Of a stretch of 64,000 nt of DNA, positions 42,301 to 60,300 are shown piece after piece (the stretch's first letter is position 1; the number at the start of each line of letters is the position of its first letter). Location: the NCBI GenBank assembly GCA_964016885.1, contig OZ024741.1:17794001-17858000 (forward strand), given 5' to 3'. The notes beneath the pieces were generated by a model. That model made no database searches and was not told the DNA's origin. It saw only the letters and a program-made list of their open reading frames with translations. The position numbers were made by a program, and so were the translations under genes. This DNA is from Eledone cirrhosa (taxonomy: Eukaryota).

Positions 42301-45300
42301 TGGGGTAGATAATATATAACACTGGGATAGATAATATATAATACTGGCGTAGATAATATAAAATACTGGGGTAGATAATATATAAAACCGGGGTAGATAA
42401 TATATAACATTGGGGTAGATAATATATAACACTGGGGTAGATAATATACAACACTGGGGTAGATATTATATAACACTGGGGTAGATAATATATAATACTT
42501 GGGTAGATAATATAAAATACCGGGGTAGATAATATATAATACTGGGGTAGATAATATATAATACTGGGGTAGATAATATATAACATTGGGCTAGATAATA
42601 TATAATACTGGGGTAGATAATATATAACACTGGGATAGATAATATATAACACTGGGGTAGATATTATATAACACTGGGGTAGATAAAATATAATACTAGG
42701 GTTGATATTATAAAATACTGCGGTAGATAATATATAATACTGGGGTAGATAATATATAACACTAGGGTAGGTAATATATAACACTGGGGGAGATAATATA
42801 TAATACTGGGGTAGATAATATATAACACTGGGGGAGATAATATATAATACTGGGGTAGATAATATATAATACTGGGGTAGATAATATATAACACTGGGGT
42901 AGATAATATATAACACTGGGGTAGATAATATATAACACTGGGGTAAATAATATATAACACTGGGTAAGATATTATATAACACTGGGGTAGATAATATATA
43001 ACACTGGGGTACATAATATATAACACAGGGGTAGATGATATATAATACTGGGGTAGAAAATATATAACACTGGGATAGATAATATATAATTCTGGGGTAG
43101 ATAATATAAAATACTGGGGTAGATAATATATAATACTGGGGTAGATAATATATAACACTGGGGTAGATAATATATAACACTGGGGGAGATAATATATAAC
43201 ACTGGGGTAGATAATATAAAATACTGGGGTAGATAATATAAAATACTGGGGTAGATAATATATAATACTGGGGTAGATAATATATAATACGTGGGTAGAT
43301 AATGTATAATACTGGTGTAGATAATATATAATACTGGGGTAGATAATATATAATACTGGGGGAGATAATATAAAATACTTGGGTAGATAATATATAACAC
43401 TGGGGTAGATAATATATAATACTGGGGTAGATAATATATAATACTGGGGGAGGTAATATATAACACTGGGGTAGATAATATAAAACACTGGGGTAGATAA
43501 TATATAACACTGGGATAGATAATATATAACACTGGCGTAGATATTATATAACACTGGGGGAGATAAAATATAATACTGGGGTTGATAATATAAAATAATG
43601 GGGTCGATAATATAAAATCCTGGGGTAGATAATATATAACACTAGGGTAGATCATATATAACACTTGGGTAGATAATATATAATACTGGGGAAGATAATA
43701 TATAATACTGGGGGAGATATTATATAATAGTGGGGTAGATAATATATAATACTGCGGTAGATAATATATAATACTGGGGTAGATAATATAAAATACTGGG
43801 GTAGATAATATATAACACTGGGGGAGATAATATATAATAATGGGGTAGATAATATATAATACTGGGGTAGATAATATATTACACTGGGGTAGATGATATA
43901 TAACACTGGGGTAGATAATATATAATACTGGGGGAGATATTATATAATAGTGGGGTAGATAATATATAATACTGCAGTAGATAATATATAATACTGGGGT
44001 AGATAATATAAAATACTGGGGTAGAAAATATATAACACTGGGGGAGATAATATATAATAATGGGGTAGATAATATATAATACTGGGGTAGATAATATATA
44101 ACACTGGGGTAGATGATATATAACACTGGGGTAGATAATATATAACACTGGGGGAGATATTATATAATACTGGGGGAGATATTATATAATACTGGGGTAG
44201 AAAATATATAATACTGGGGTAGATAATATATAACACTGGGGGGAGATATTATATAATACTGGGGGAGATAATATATAATACTGGGGTAGATAATATATAA
44301 CACTGGGGTAGATAATAAATAACACTGGGGTAGATAATATATAATACTGGGGTAGATAATATATAATACGGGTTAGATAATATATAACACTGGGGTAGAT
44401 AATATATAACACAGGGGGAGATATTATATAATACTGGGGTAGATATAACACTGGCGGAGATATTATATAACACTGGGGGTGATAATATATAATACTGGAG
44501 TAGATAATATATAATACTGGGGTAAATAATATATAACACTGGGGTAGATAATATAAAACACTGGGGTAGATAATATATAATACTGGGGGAGATAATATAA
44601 CACTGGAATAGATAATATATAACACTGGAATAGGTAATATAAAACACTGGGGTAGATATTATATAATACTGGGGTTGATAATAGATAACACTAGGGTAGA
44701 TAATATATAACACTGGGATAGATACTATATAATATTGGGGTAGATAATATAAAATACCGGGGTAGATAATATATACTACTGGGGAAGATAATATATAATA
44801 CTGGGGTAGATAATATATAACACTGGGGTAGATAATATATAATACTGGGGTAGATAATATATAACACTGGGATAGATAATATATAACACTGTCGTAGATA
44901 TTATATAACACTGGGGGAGATAAAATATAATACTGGGGTTGATAATATAAAATACTGGGGTCGATAATATAAAATACTGGGGTAGATAATATATAACACT
45001 AGGGTAGATAATATATAACAATTGGGTAGATAATATATAATACTGGGGTAGATAATATATAATACTGGGGGAGATATTATATAATAGTGGGGTAGATAAT
45101 ATTTAATACTGCGGTAGATAATATATAATACTGGGGTAGATAATATATAATACTGGGGGAGATATTATATAATAGTGGGGTAGATAATATAAAATACCGG
45201 GGTAGATAATATATACTACTGGGGAAGATAATATATAATACTGGGGTAGATAATATATAACACTGGGGTAGATAATATATAATACTGGGGTAGATAATAT

Positions 45301-48300
45301 ATAACACTGGGATAGATAATATATAACACTGTCGTAGATATTATATAACACTGGGGGAGATAAAATATAATACTGGGGTTGATAATATAAAATACTGGGG
45401 TCGATAATATAAAATACTGGGGTAGATAATATATAACACTAGGGTAGATAATATATAACAATTGGGTAGATAATATATAATACTGGGGTAGATAATATAT
45501 AATACTGGGGGAGATATTATATAATAGTGGGGTAGATAATATATAATACTGCGGTAGATAATATATAATACTGGGGTAGATAATATATAATACGGGGTAG
45601 ATAATATATAACACTGGGGTAGATAATATATAACAATCGGGGAGATAATATATACCACTGGGGTAGATAATATAAAATACTGGGGTAGATAATATAAAAT
45701 ACTGGGGTAGATAATATATAATACTGGGGTAGATAATATATAACACTGGGGTAGATAATATATAATACTGGTGGAGATAATATATAACACTGTGGTAGAT
45801 AATATATAATACTGGGGTAGATAATATATAACACTGGGGTAGATAATATATAATATTGGGGTAGATAATATATAACACTGGGATAGATAATATATAATAC
45901 TGGGGTAGATAATATAAAATACTGGGGTAGATAATATATAAAACCGGGGTAGATAATATATAACACTGGGGTAGATAATATATAACACTGGGGTAGATAA
46001 TATATAACACTGGGGTAGATATTATATAACACTGGGGTAGATAATATATAATACTTGGGTAGATAATATAAAATACCGGGGTAAATAATATATAATATTG
46101 GGGTAGATAATATATAATACTGGGGTAGATAATATATAACATTGGGGGAGATATTATATAATACTGGGGGAGATACTATATAATACTGGGGTAGATATAA
46201 CACTGGGGGAGATATTATATAACAATGGGGGAGATAATATATACTACTGGAATAGATAATATATAATACTGGGGTAAATAATATAATACTGGGGTAGATA
46301 ATATATAATACTGGGGTATATATTATAAAACACTGGGGTAGATAATATATAATACTGGGGTAGATAATATAAAACACTGGGGTAGATAATATATAATACT
46401 GGGGGAGATAATATATAATACTGGGATAGATAATATATAACACTAGGGTAGATAATATATAACACTGGGGTAGATAATATATAATACTGGGGTAGATAAT
46501 ATATAATACTGGGGGAAATAATATATAACACTGGGGTAGATAATATATAATACTGGGGTAGATAATATATAATACTGGGGTAGATAATATATCACACTGG
46601 GGTAGATAATATATAACACTAGGGTAGATAATATATAACACTGGGATAGATAATAAATAACACTGTGGAACATAATATATAACACTTGGGTAGACAATAT
46701 ATAACACTGGGTTAGATAATATATAACACTGGCGGAGATAATATATAACACTGGGATAGATAATATATAATACTGGGGTAGATAATATAAAATACTGGGG
46801 TAGATAATATATAATACTGGGGTAGATAATATAAAATACTGGGGTAGATAATATATAACACTGGGGGAGATAATATATAATACTGGTGTAGATAATATAT
46901 AATACTGGCGTAGATAATATATAACACTGGGGTTGATAATATATAATACTGGGGTAGATAATATATAACACTGGGGTAGATAATATATAATACTGGGGGG
47001 GGGGGGGGGTAGATATTATATAATACTGGGGTAGATAATATATAACATGGGGGGGAGATATTATATAATACTGTGGGAGATATTATATGATACTGGTGTA
47101 GAAAATATATAATACTGGGGTAGATAATATATATCACTGGGGAGATATTATATAATACTGGGGGACATAATATATAATACTGGAGTAGATAATATATAAC
47201 ACTGGGGTAGATAAGAAATAACACTGGGGTAGATAATATATAATACTGGAGTAGATAATATATAACACTGGGGTAGATAAGAAATAACACTGGGGTAGAT
47301 AATATATAACACTGGGGTAGATAAGAAATAACACTGGGGTAGATAATATATAACACTGGGGTAGATAAGAAATAACACTGGGGTAGATAATATATAATAC
47401 TGGGGTAGATAATATATAATACGGGGTAGATAATATATAACACTGGGGTAGATAATATATAACACTGGGGGAGATATTATATAATACTTGGGTAGATATA
47501 ACACTGGGGGAGATATTATATAACACTGGGGGAGATAATATATAATACTGGAGTAGATAATATAAAACACTGGGGTAGATAATATATAATACTGGGGTAG
47601 ATAATATATAATACTGGGGGAGATAATATATAACACTGGGGTAGATAATATAAAACACTGGCGTAGATAATATATAATACTGGGGTAGATAATATATAAT
47701 ACTGGGGTAGATAATATAAAATACTGGGGTAGATAATATATAACACTGGGGGAGATAATATATAATACTGGGGTAGATAATATATAATACGGGGTAGATA
47801 ATATAAAATACCGGGGTAGATAATATATAATACTGGGGTAGATAATATATAACACTGGGGTAGATAATATATAATACTGGGGTAGATAATATATAACACT
47901 GGGGTAGATAATATATAATACTGGGGTAGATAATATATAACACTGGGATAGATAATATATAATACTGGGGTAGATAATATATAACACTGGGGTAGATAAT
48001 ATATAATACTGGGGTAGATAATATATAACACTGGGATAGATAATATATAACACTGGCGTAGATATTATATAACACTGGGGGAGATAATATAAAATACTGG
48101 GGTCGATAATATAAAATCCTGGGGTAGATAATATATAACACTAGGGTAGATAATATATAACACTTGGGTAGATAATATATAATACTGGGGTAGATAATAT
48201 ATAATACTGGGGGAGATATTATATAATAGTGGGGTAGATAATATATAACACTGGGGGAGATAATATATAATAATGGGGTAGATAATATATAATACTGGGG

Positions 48301-51300
48301 TAGATAATATATAACACTGGGGTAGATAATATATAATACTGGGGGGAGATATTATATAATACTGGGATAGATAATATATAACACTGGGGGAGATATTATA
48401 TAATACTGGGGGAGATATTATATAATACTGGGGTAGAAAATATATAATACTGGGGTAGATAATATATAACACTGGGGGGAGATATTATATAATACTGGGG
48501 GAGATAATATATAATACTGGGGTAGATAATATATAACACTGGGGTAGATAATAAATAACACTGGGGTAGATAATATATAATACTGGGGTAGATAATATAT
48601 AATACGGGGTAGATAATATATAACACTGGGGTAGATAATATATAACACAGGGGGAGATATTATATAATACTGGGGTAGATATAACACTGGCGGAGATATT
48701 ATATAACACTGGGGAAGATAATATATAATACTGGAGTAGATAATATATAATACTGTGGTAAATAATATATAATACTGGGGTAGATAATATAAAATACTGT
48801 GGTAGATAATATATAACACTGGGGGAGATAATATATAATAATGGGGTAGATAATATATAATACTGGGGTAGATAATATATAACACTGGGGTAGATGATAT
48901 ATAACACTGGGGTAGATAATATATAATACTGGGGGGAGATATTATATAATACTGGGATAGATAATATATAACACTGGGGGGGAGATATTATATAATACTG
49001 GGGGAGATATTATATAATACTGGGGTAGAAAATATATAATACTGGGGTAGATAATATATAACACTGGGCGGAGATATTATATAATACTGGGGGAGATAAT
49101 ATATAATACTGGGGTAGATAATATATAATACGGGGTAGATAATATATAATACGGGGTAGATAATATATAACACTGGGGTAGATAATATATAACACAGGGG
49201 GAGATATTATATAATACTGGGGTAGATATAACACTGGCGGAGATATTATATAACACTGGGGAAGATAATATATAATACTGGAGTAGATAATATATAATAC
49301 TGTGGTAAATAATATATAACACTGGGGTAGATAATATAAAACACTGGGGTAGATGATATATAATACTGGGGGAGATAATATAACACTGGAATAGATAATA
49401 TATAAAATTGGGGTCCATAATATAAAAAACTGGGGTTGATAATATATAATACTGGGGTAGATAATATATAATACGGGGTAGATAATATATAACACTGGGG
49501 TAGATAATATAAAATACTGGGGTAGATAATATAAAATACTGGGGTAGATAATATATAATACTGGGGTAGATAAGATATAACACTGGGGTAGATAATATAT
49601 AATACTGGTGGAGATAATATATAACACTGTGGTAGATAATATATAATACTGGGGTAGATAATATATAACACTGGGGTAGATAATATATAATATTGGGGTA
49701 GATAATATATAACACTGGGATAGATAATATATAATACTGGGGTAGATAATATAAAATACTGGGGTAGATAATATATAAAACCGGGGTAGATAATATATAA
49801 CACTGGGGTAGATAATATATAACACTGGGGTAGATAATATATAACACTGGGGTAGATATTATATAACACTGGGGTAGATAATATATAATACTTGGGTAGA
49901 TAATATAAAATACCGGGGTAGATAATATATAATACTGGGGTAGATAATATATAATACTGGGGTAGATAATATATAACATTGGGCTAGATAATATATAATA
50001 CTGGGGTAGATAATATATAACACTGGGATAGATAATATATAACACTGGGGTAGATATTATATAACACTGGGGTAGATAAAATATAATACTAGGGTTGATA
50101 TTATAAAATACTGGGGTAGATAATATATAATACTGGGGTAGATAATATATAACACTAGGGTAGGTAATATATAACACTGGGGAGATAATATATAATACTG
50201 GGGTAGATAATATATAACACTGGGGGATATAATATATAATACTGGGGGGAGATATTATATAATACTGGGGTAGATAATATATAACACTGTGGTAGATAAT
50301 ATATAACACTGGGGTAAATAATATATAACACTGGGTAAGATATTATATAACACTGGGGTAGATAATATATAACACTGGGGTACATAATATATAACACAGG
50401 GGTAGATAATATATAATACTGGGGTAGAAAATATATAACACTGGGATAGATAATATATAATTCTGGGGTAGATAATATAAAATACTGGGGTAGATAATAT
50501 ATAAGACTGGGGTAGATAATATATAATACTGGGGTAGATAATATATAATACTGGGGTAGATAATGTATAATACTGGTGTAGATAATATATAATACTGGGG
50601 TAGATAATATATAATACTGGGGGAGATAATATAAAATACTTGGGTAGATAATATATAACACTGGGGGAGATATTATATAATACTGGGGGAGATACTATAT
50701 AATACTGGGGTAGATATAACACTGGGGGAGATATTATATAACAATGGGTGAGATAATATATACTACTGGAATAGATAATATATAATACTGGGGTAAATAA
50801 TATAATACTGGGGTAGATAATATATAATACTGGGGTATATATTATAAAACACTGGGGTAGATAATATATAATACTGGGGTATATAATATAAAACACTGGG
50901 GTAGATAATATATAATACTGGGGGAGATAATATATAATACCGGGATAGATAATATATAACACTAGGGTAGATAATATATAACACTGGGGTAGATAATATA
51001 TAATACTGGGGTAGATAATATATAATACTGGGGGAAATAATATATAACACTGGGGTAGATAATATATAATACTGGGGTAGATAATATATAATCCTGGGGT
51101 AGATAATATATCACACTGGGGTAGATAATATATAACACTAGGGTAGATAATATATAACACTGGGATGGATAATATATAACACTGTGGTACATAATATATA
51201 ACACTTGGGTAGACAATATATAACACTGGCTTAGATAATATATAACACTGGCGGAGATAATATATAACACTGGTGTAGATAATATATAATACTGGGGTAG

Positions 51301-54300
51301 ATAATATAAAATACTGGGGTAGATAATATATAATACTGGGGTAGATAATATAAAATACTGGGGTAGATAATATATAACACTGGGGGAGATAATATATAAT
51401 ACTGGGGGGGGGGCTAGATATTATATAATACTGGGGTAGATAATATATAAAATGGGAGGGGGGGAGATATTATATAATACTGTTAGAGATATTATATAAT
51501 ACTGGGGTAGAAAATATATAATACTGGGGTAGATAATATATATCACTGGGGAGATATTATATAATACTGGGGGACATAACATATAATACTGGAGTAGATA
51601 ATATATAACACTGGGGTAGATAAGAAATAACCTTGGGGTAGATAATATATAATACTGGGGTAGATAATATATAATACGGGGTAGAATATATATAACACTG
51701 GGGTAGATAATATATAACACTGGGGGAGATATTATATAATACTTGGGTAGATATAACACTGGGGGAGATATTATATAACACTGGGGGAGATAATATATAA
51801 TACTGGAGTAGATAATATAAAACACTGGGGTAGATAATATATAATACTGGGGTAGATAATATATAATACTGGGGGAGATAATATATAACACTGGGGTAGA
51901 TACTATAAAACACTGGGGTAGATAATATATAATACTGGGGTAGATAATATATAATACTGGGGTAGATAATATAAAATACTGGGGTAGATAATATATAACA
52001 CTGGGGGAGATAATATATAATACTGGGGTAGATAATATATAATACGGGGTAGATAATATATAACACTGGGGTAGATAATATATAACAATCGGGGAGATAA
52101 TATATAACACTGGGGTAGATAATATAAAATACTGGGGTAGATAATATAAAATACTGAGGTAGATAATATATAATACTGGGGTAGATAATATATAACACTG
52201 GGGTAGATAATATATAATACTGGTGGAGATAATATATAACACTGTGGTAGATAATATATAATACAGGGGTAGATAATATATAACCTTGGGGTAGATAATA
52301 TACAATATTGGGGTAGATAATATATAACACTGGGATAGATAATATATAATACTGGCGTAGATAATATAAAATACTGGGGTAGATAATATATAAAACCGGG
52401 GTAGATAATATATAACATTGGGGTAGATAATATATAACACTGGGGTAGATAATATACAACACTGGGGTAGATATTATATAACACTGGGGTAGATAATATA
52501 TAATACTTGGGTAGATAATATAAAATACCGGGGTAGATAATATATAATACTGGGGTAGATAATATATAATACTGGGGTAGATAATATATAACATTGGGCT
52601 AGATAATATATAATACTGGGGTAGATAATATATAACACTGGGATAGATAATATATAACACTGGGGTAGATATTATATAACACTGGGGTAGATAAAATATA
52701 ATACTAGGGTTGATATTATAAAATACTGCGGTAGATAATATATAATACTGGGGTAGATAATATATAACACTGGGGTAGATGATATATAACACTGGGGTAG
52801 ATAATATGTAATACTGGGGGGAGATATTATATAATACTGGGATAGATAATATATAACACTTGGGGGAGATATTATATAATACTGGGGGAGATATTATATA
52901 ATACTGGGGTAGAAAATTTATAATACTGGGGTAGATAATATATAACACTGGGGGGAGATATTATATAATACTGGGGGAGATAATATATAATACTGGGGTA
53001 GATAATATATAACACTGGGGTAGATAATAAATAACACTGGGGTAGATAATATATAATACTGGGGTAGATAATATATAATACGGGGTAGATAATATATAAC
53101 ACTGGGGTAGATAATATATAACACAGGGGGAGATATTATATAATACTGGGGTAGATATAACACTGGCGGAGATATTATATAACACTGGGGAAGATAATAT
53201 ATAATACTGGAGTAGATAATATATAATACTGTGGTAAATAATATATAACACTGGGGTAGATAATATAAAACACTGGGGTAGATGATATATAATACTGGGG
53301 GAGATAATATAACACTGGAATAGATAATATATAAAATTGGGGTCCATAATATAAAAAACTGGGGTTGATAATATATAATACTGGGGTAGATAATATATAA
53401 TACGGGGTAGATAATATATAACACTGGGGTAGATAATATATAACAATCGGGGAGATAATATATAACACTGGGGTAGATAATATAAAATACTGGGGTAGAT
53501 AATATAAAATACTGGGGTAGATAATATATAATACTGGGGTAGATAAGATATAACACTGGGGTAGATAATATATAATACTGGTGGAGATAATATATAACAC
53601 TGTGGTAGATAATATATAATACTGGGGTAGATAATATATAACACTGGGGTAGATAATATATAATATTGGGGTAGATAATATATAACACTGGGATAGATAA
53701 TATATAATACTGGGGTAGATAATATAAAATACTGTGGTAGATAATATATAAAACCGGGGTAGATAATATATAACACTGGGGTAGATAATATATAACACTG
53801 GGGTAGATAATATATAACACTGGGGTAGATATTATATAACACTGGGGTAGATAATATATAATTTTTGGGTAGATAATATAAAATACCGGGGTAGATAATA
53901 TATAATACTGGGGTAGATAATATATAATAGTGGGGTAGATAATATATAACATTGGGCTAGATAATATATAATACTGGGGTAGATAATATATAACACTGGG
54001 ATAGATAATATATAACACTGGGGTAGATATTATATAACACTGGGGTAGATAAAATATAATACTAGGGTTGATATTATAAAATACTGGGGTAGATAATATA
54101 TAATACTGGGGTAGGTAATATATAACACTAGGGTAGGTAATATATAATACTGGGGAGATAATATATAATACTGGGGTAGATAATATATAACACTGGGGGA
54201 TATAATATATAATACTGGGGTAGATAATATATAATACTGGGGTAGATAATATATAACACTGGGGTAGTTAATATATAACACTGGGGTAGATAATATATAA

Positions 54301-57300
54301 TACTGGGGGGAGATATTATATAATACTGGGGTAGATAATATATAACACTGTGGTAGATAATATATAACACTGGGGTAAATAATATATAACACTGGGTAAG
54401 ATATTATATAACACTGGGGTAGATAATATATAACACTGGGGTACATAATATATAACACAGGGGTAGATAATATATAATACTGGGGTAGAAAATATATAAC
54501 ACTGGGATAGATAATATATAATTCTGGGGTAGATAATATAAAATACTGGGGTAGATAATATATAAGACTGGGGTAGATAATATATAACACTGGGGTAGAT
54601 AATATATAACACTGGGGGAGATAATATATAACGCTGGGGTAGATAATATAAAATACTGGGGTAGATAATATAAAATACTGGGGTAGATAATATATAATAC
54701 TGGGGTAGATAATATATAATACTGGGGTAGATAATGTATAATACTGGTGTAGATAATATATAATACTGGGGTAGATAATATATAATACTGGGGGAGATAA
54801 TATAAAATACTTGGGTAGATAATATATAACACTGGGGGAGATATTATATAATACTGGGGGAGATACTATATAATACTGGGGTAGATATAACACTGGGGGA
54901 GATATTATATAACAATGGGTGAGATAATATATACTACTGGAATAGATAATATATAATACTGGGGTAAATAATATAATACTGGGGTAGATAATATATAATA
55001 CTGGGGTATATATTATAAAACACTGGGGTAGATAATATATAATACTGGGGTATATAATATAAAACACTGGGGTAGATAATATATAATACTGGGGGAGATA
55101 ATATATAATACTGGGATAGATAATATATAACACTAGGGTAGATAATATATAACACTGGGATAGATAATATATAACACTGTGGTACATAATATATAACACT
55201 TGGGTAGACAATATATAACACTGGCTTAGATAATATATAACACTGGCGGAGATAATATATAACACTGGTGTAGATAATATATAATACTGGGGTAGATAAT
55301 ATAAAATACTGGGGTAGATAATATATAATACTGGGGTAGATAATATAAAATACTGGGGTAGATAATATATAACACTGGGGGAGATAATATATAATACTGG
55401 CGTAGATAATATATAACACTGGGGTTGATAATATATAATACTGGGGTAGATAATATATAACACTGGGGTAGATAATATATAATACTGGGGGGGGGGGCTA
55501 GATATTATATAATACTGGGGTAGATAATATATAACATGGGGGGGGGGGGGGGGAGATATTATATAATACTGTTAGAGATATTATATAATACTGGGGTAGA
55601 AAATATATAATACTGGGGTAGATAATATATATCACTGGGGAGATATTATATAATACTGGGGGACATAATATATAATACTGGGGTAGATAAGAAATAACCT
55701 TGGGGTAGATAATATATAATACTGGGGTAGATAATATATAATACGGGGTAGAATATATATAACACTGGGGTAGATAATATATAACACTGGGGGAGATATT
55801 ATATAATACTTGGGTAGATATAACACTGGGGGAGATATTATATAACACTGGGGGAGATAATATATAATACTGGAGTAGATAATATAAAACACTGGGGTAG
55901 ATAATATATAATACTGGGGTAGATAATATATAATACTGGGGGAGATAATATATAACACTGGGGTAGATACTATAAAACACTGGGGTAGATAATATATAAT
56001 ACTGGGGTAGATAATATATAATACTGGGGTAGATAATATAAAATACTGGGGTAGATAATATATAACACTGGGGGAGATAATATATAATACTGGGGTAGAT
56101 AATATATAATACGGGGTAGATAATATATAACACTGGGGTAGATAATATATAACAATCGGGGAGATAATATATAACACTGGGGTAGATAATATAAAATACT
56201 GGGGTAGATAATATAAAATACTGGGGTAGATAATATATAATACTGGGGTAGATAATATATAACACTGGGGTAGATAATATATAATACTGGTGGAGATAAT
56301 ATATAACACTGTGGTAGATAATATATAATACAGGGGTAGATAATATATAACCTTGGGGTAGATAATATACAATATTGGGGTAGATAATATATAACACTGG
56401 GATAGATAATATATAATACTGGCGTAGATAATATAAAATACTGGGGTAGATAATATATAAAACCGGGGTAGATAATATATAACATTGGGGTAGATAATAT
56501 ATAACACTGGGGTAGATAATATACAACACTGGGGTAGATATTATATAACACTGGGGTAGATAATATATAATACTTGGGTAGATAATATAAAATACCGGGG
56601 TAGATAATATATAATACTGGGGTAGATAATATATAATACTGGGGTAGATAATATATAACATTGGGCTAGATAATATATAATACTGGGGTAGATAATATAT
56701 AACACTGGGATAGATAATATATAACACTGGGGTAGATATTATATAACACTGGGGTAGATAAAATATAATACTAGGGTTGATATTATAAAATACTGCGGTA
56801 GATAATATATAATACTGGGGTAGATAATATATAACACTAGGGTAGGTAATATATAACACTGGGGGAGATAATATATAATACTGGGGTAGATAATATATAA
56901 CACTGGGGGAGATAATATATAATACTGGGGTAGATAATATATAATACTGGGGTAGATAATATATAACACTGGGGTAGATAATATATAACACTGGGGTAGA
57001 TAATATATAACACTGGGGTAAATAATATATAACACTGGGTAAGATATTATATAACACTGGGGTAGATAATATATAACACTGGGGTACATAATATATAACA
57101 CAGGGGTAGATGATATATAATACTGGGGTAGAAAATATATAACACTGGGATAGATAATATATAATTCTGGGGTAGATAATATAAAATACTGGGGTAGATA
57201 ATATATAATACTGGGGTAGATAATATATAACACTGGGGTAGATAATATATAACACTGGGGGAGATAATATATAACACTGGGGTAGATAATATAAAATACT

Positions 57301-60300
57301 GGGGTAGATAATATAAAATACTGGGGTAGATAATATATAATACTGGGGTAGATAATATATAATACGTGGGTAGATAATGTATAATACTGGTGTAGATAAT
57401 ATATAATACTGGGGTAGATAATATATAATACTGGGGGAGATAATATAAAATACTTGGGTAGATAATATATAACACTGGGGTAGATAATATATAATACTGG
57501 GGTAGATAATATATAATACTGGGGGAGGTAATATATAACACTGGGGTAGATAATATAAAACACTGGGGTAGATAATATATAACACTGGGATAGATAATAT
57601 ATAACACTGGCGTAGATATTATATAACACTGGGGGAGATAAAATATAATACTGGGGTTGATAATATAAAATAATGGGGTCGATAATATAAAATCCTGGGG
57701 TAGATAATATATAACACTAGGGTAGATCATATATAACACTTGGGTAGATAATATATAATACTGGGGAAGATAATATATAATACTGGGGGAGATATTATAT
57801 AATAGTGGGGTAGATAATATATAATACTGCGGTAGATAATATATAATACTGGGGTAGATAATATAAAATACTGGGGTAGATAATATATAACACTGGGGGA
57901 GATAATATATAATAATGGGGTAGATAATATATAATACTGGGGTAGATAATATATTACACTGGGGTAGATGATATATAACACTGGGGTAGATAATATATAA
58001 TACTGGGGGAGATATTATATAATAGTGGGGTAGATAATATATAATACTGCAGTAGATAATATATAATACTGGGGTAGATAATATAAAATACTGGGGTAGA
58101 TAATATATAACACTGGGGGAGATAATATATAATAATGGGGTAGATAATATATAATACTGGGGTAGATAATATATAACACTGGGGTAGATGATATATAACA
58201 CTGGGGTAGATAATATATAACACTGGGGGAGATATTATATAATACTGGGGGAGATATTATATAATACTGGGGTAGAAAATATATAATACTGGGGTAGATA
58301 ATATATAACACTGGGGGGGAGATATTATATAATACTGGGGGAGATAATATATAATACTGGGGTAGATAATATATAACACTGGGGTAGATAATAAATAACA
58401 CTGGGGTAGATAATATATAATACTGGGGTAGATAATATATAATACGGGTTAGATAATATATAACACTGGGGTAGATAATATATAACACAGGGGGAGATAT
58501 TATATAATACTGGGGTAGATATAACACTGGCGGAGATATTATATAACACTGGGGGTGATAATATATAATACTGGAGTAGATAATATATAATACTGGGGTA
58601 AATAATATATAACACTGGGTTAGATAATATAAAACACTGGGGTAGATAATATATAATACTGGGGGAGATAATATAACACTGGAATAGATAATATATAACA
58701 CTGGGATAGGTAATATAAAACACTGGGGTAGATATTATATAATACTGGGGTTGATAATAGATAACACTAGGGTAGATAATATATAACACTGGGATAGATA
58801 CTATATAATACTGGGGTAGATAATATAAAATACCGGGGTAGATAATATATACTACTGGGGAAGATAATATATAATACTGGGGTAGATAATATATAACACT
58901 GGGGTAGATAATATATAATACTGGGGTAGATAATATATAACACTGGGATAGATAATATATAACACTGTCGTAGATATTATATAACACTGGGGGAGATAAA
59001 ATATAATACTGGGGTTGATAATATAAAATACTGGGGTCGATAATATAAAATACTGGGGTAGATAATATATAACACTAGGGTAGATAATATATAACAATTG
59101 GGTAGATAATATATAATACTGGGGTAGATAATATATAATACTGGGGGAGATATTATATAATAGTGGGGTAGATAATATATAATACTGCGGTAGATAATAT
59201 ATAATACTGGGGTAGATAATATATAATACTGGGGGAGATATTATATAATAGTGGGGTAGATAATATAAAATACCGGGGTAGATAATATATACTACTGGGG
59301 AAGATAATATATAATACTGGGGTAGATAATATATAACACTGGGGTAGATAATATATAATACTGGGGTAGATAATATATAACACTGGGATAGATAATATAT
59401 AACACTGTCGTAGATATTATATAACACTGGGGGAGATAAAATATAATACTGGGGTTGATAATATAAAATACTGGGGTCGATAATATAAAATACTGGGGTA
59501 GATAATATATAACACTAGGGTAGATAATATATAACAATTGGGTAGATAATATATAATACTGGGGTAGATAATATATAATACTGGGGGAGATATTATATAA
59601 TAGTGGGGTAGATAATATATAATACTGCGGTAGATAATATATAATACTGGGGTAGATAATATATAATACGGGGTAGATAATATATAACACTGGGGTAGAT
59701 AATATATAACAATCGGGGAGATAATATATACCACTGGGGTAGATAATATAAAATACTGGGGTAGATAATATAAAATACTGGGGTAGATAATATATAACAC
59801 TGGGGTAGATAATATATAATACTGGTGGAGATAATATATAACACTGTGGTAGATAATATATAATACTGGGGTAGATAATATATAACACTGGGGTAGATAA
59901 TATATAATATTGGGGTAGATAATATATAACACTGGGATAGATAATATATAATACTGGGGTAGATAATATAAAATACTGGGGTAGATAATATATAAAACCG
60001 GGGTAGATAATATATAACACTGGGGTAGATAATATATAACACTGGGGTAGATAATATATAACACTGCGGTAGATATTATATAACACTGGGGTAGATAATA
60101 TATAATACTTGGGTAGATAATATAAAATACCGGGGTAAATAATATATAATATTGGGGTAGATAATATATAATACTGGGGTAGATAATATATAACATTGGG
60201 GGAGATATTATATAATACTGGGGGAGATACTATATAATACTGGGGTAGATATAACACTGGGGGAGATATTATATAACAATGGGGGAGATAATATATACTA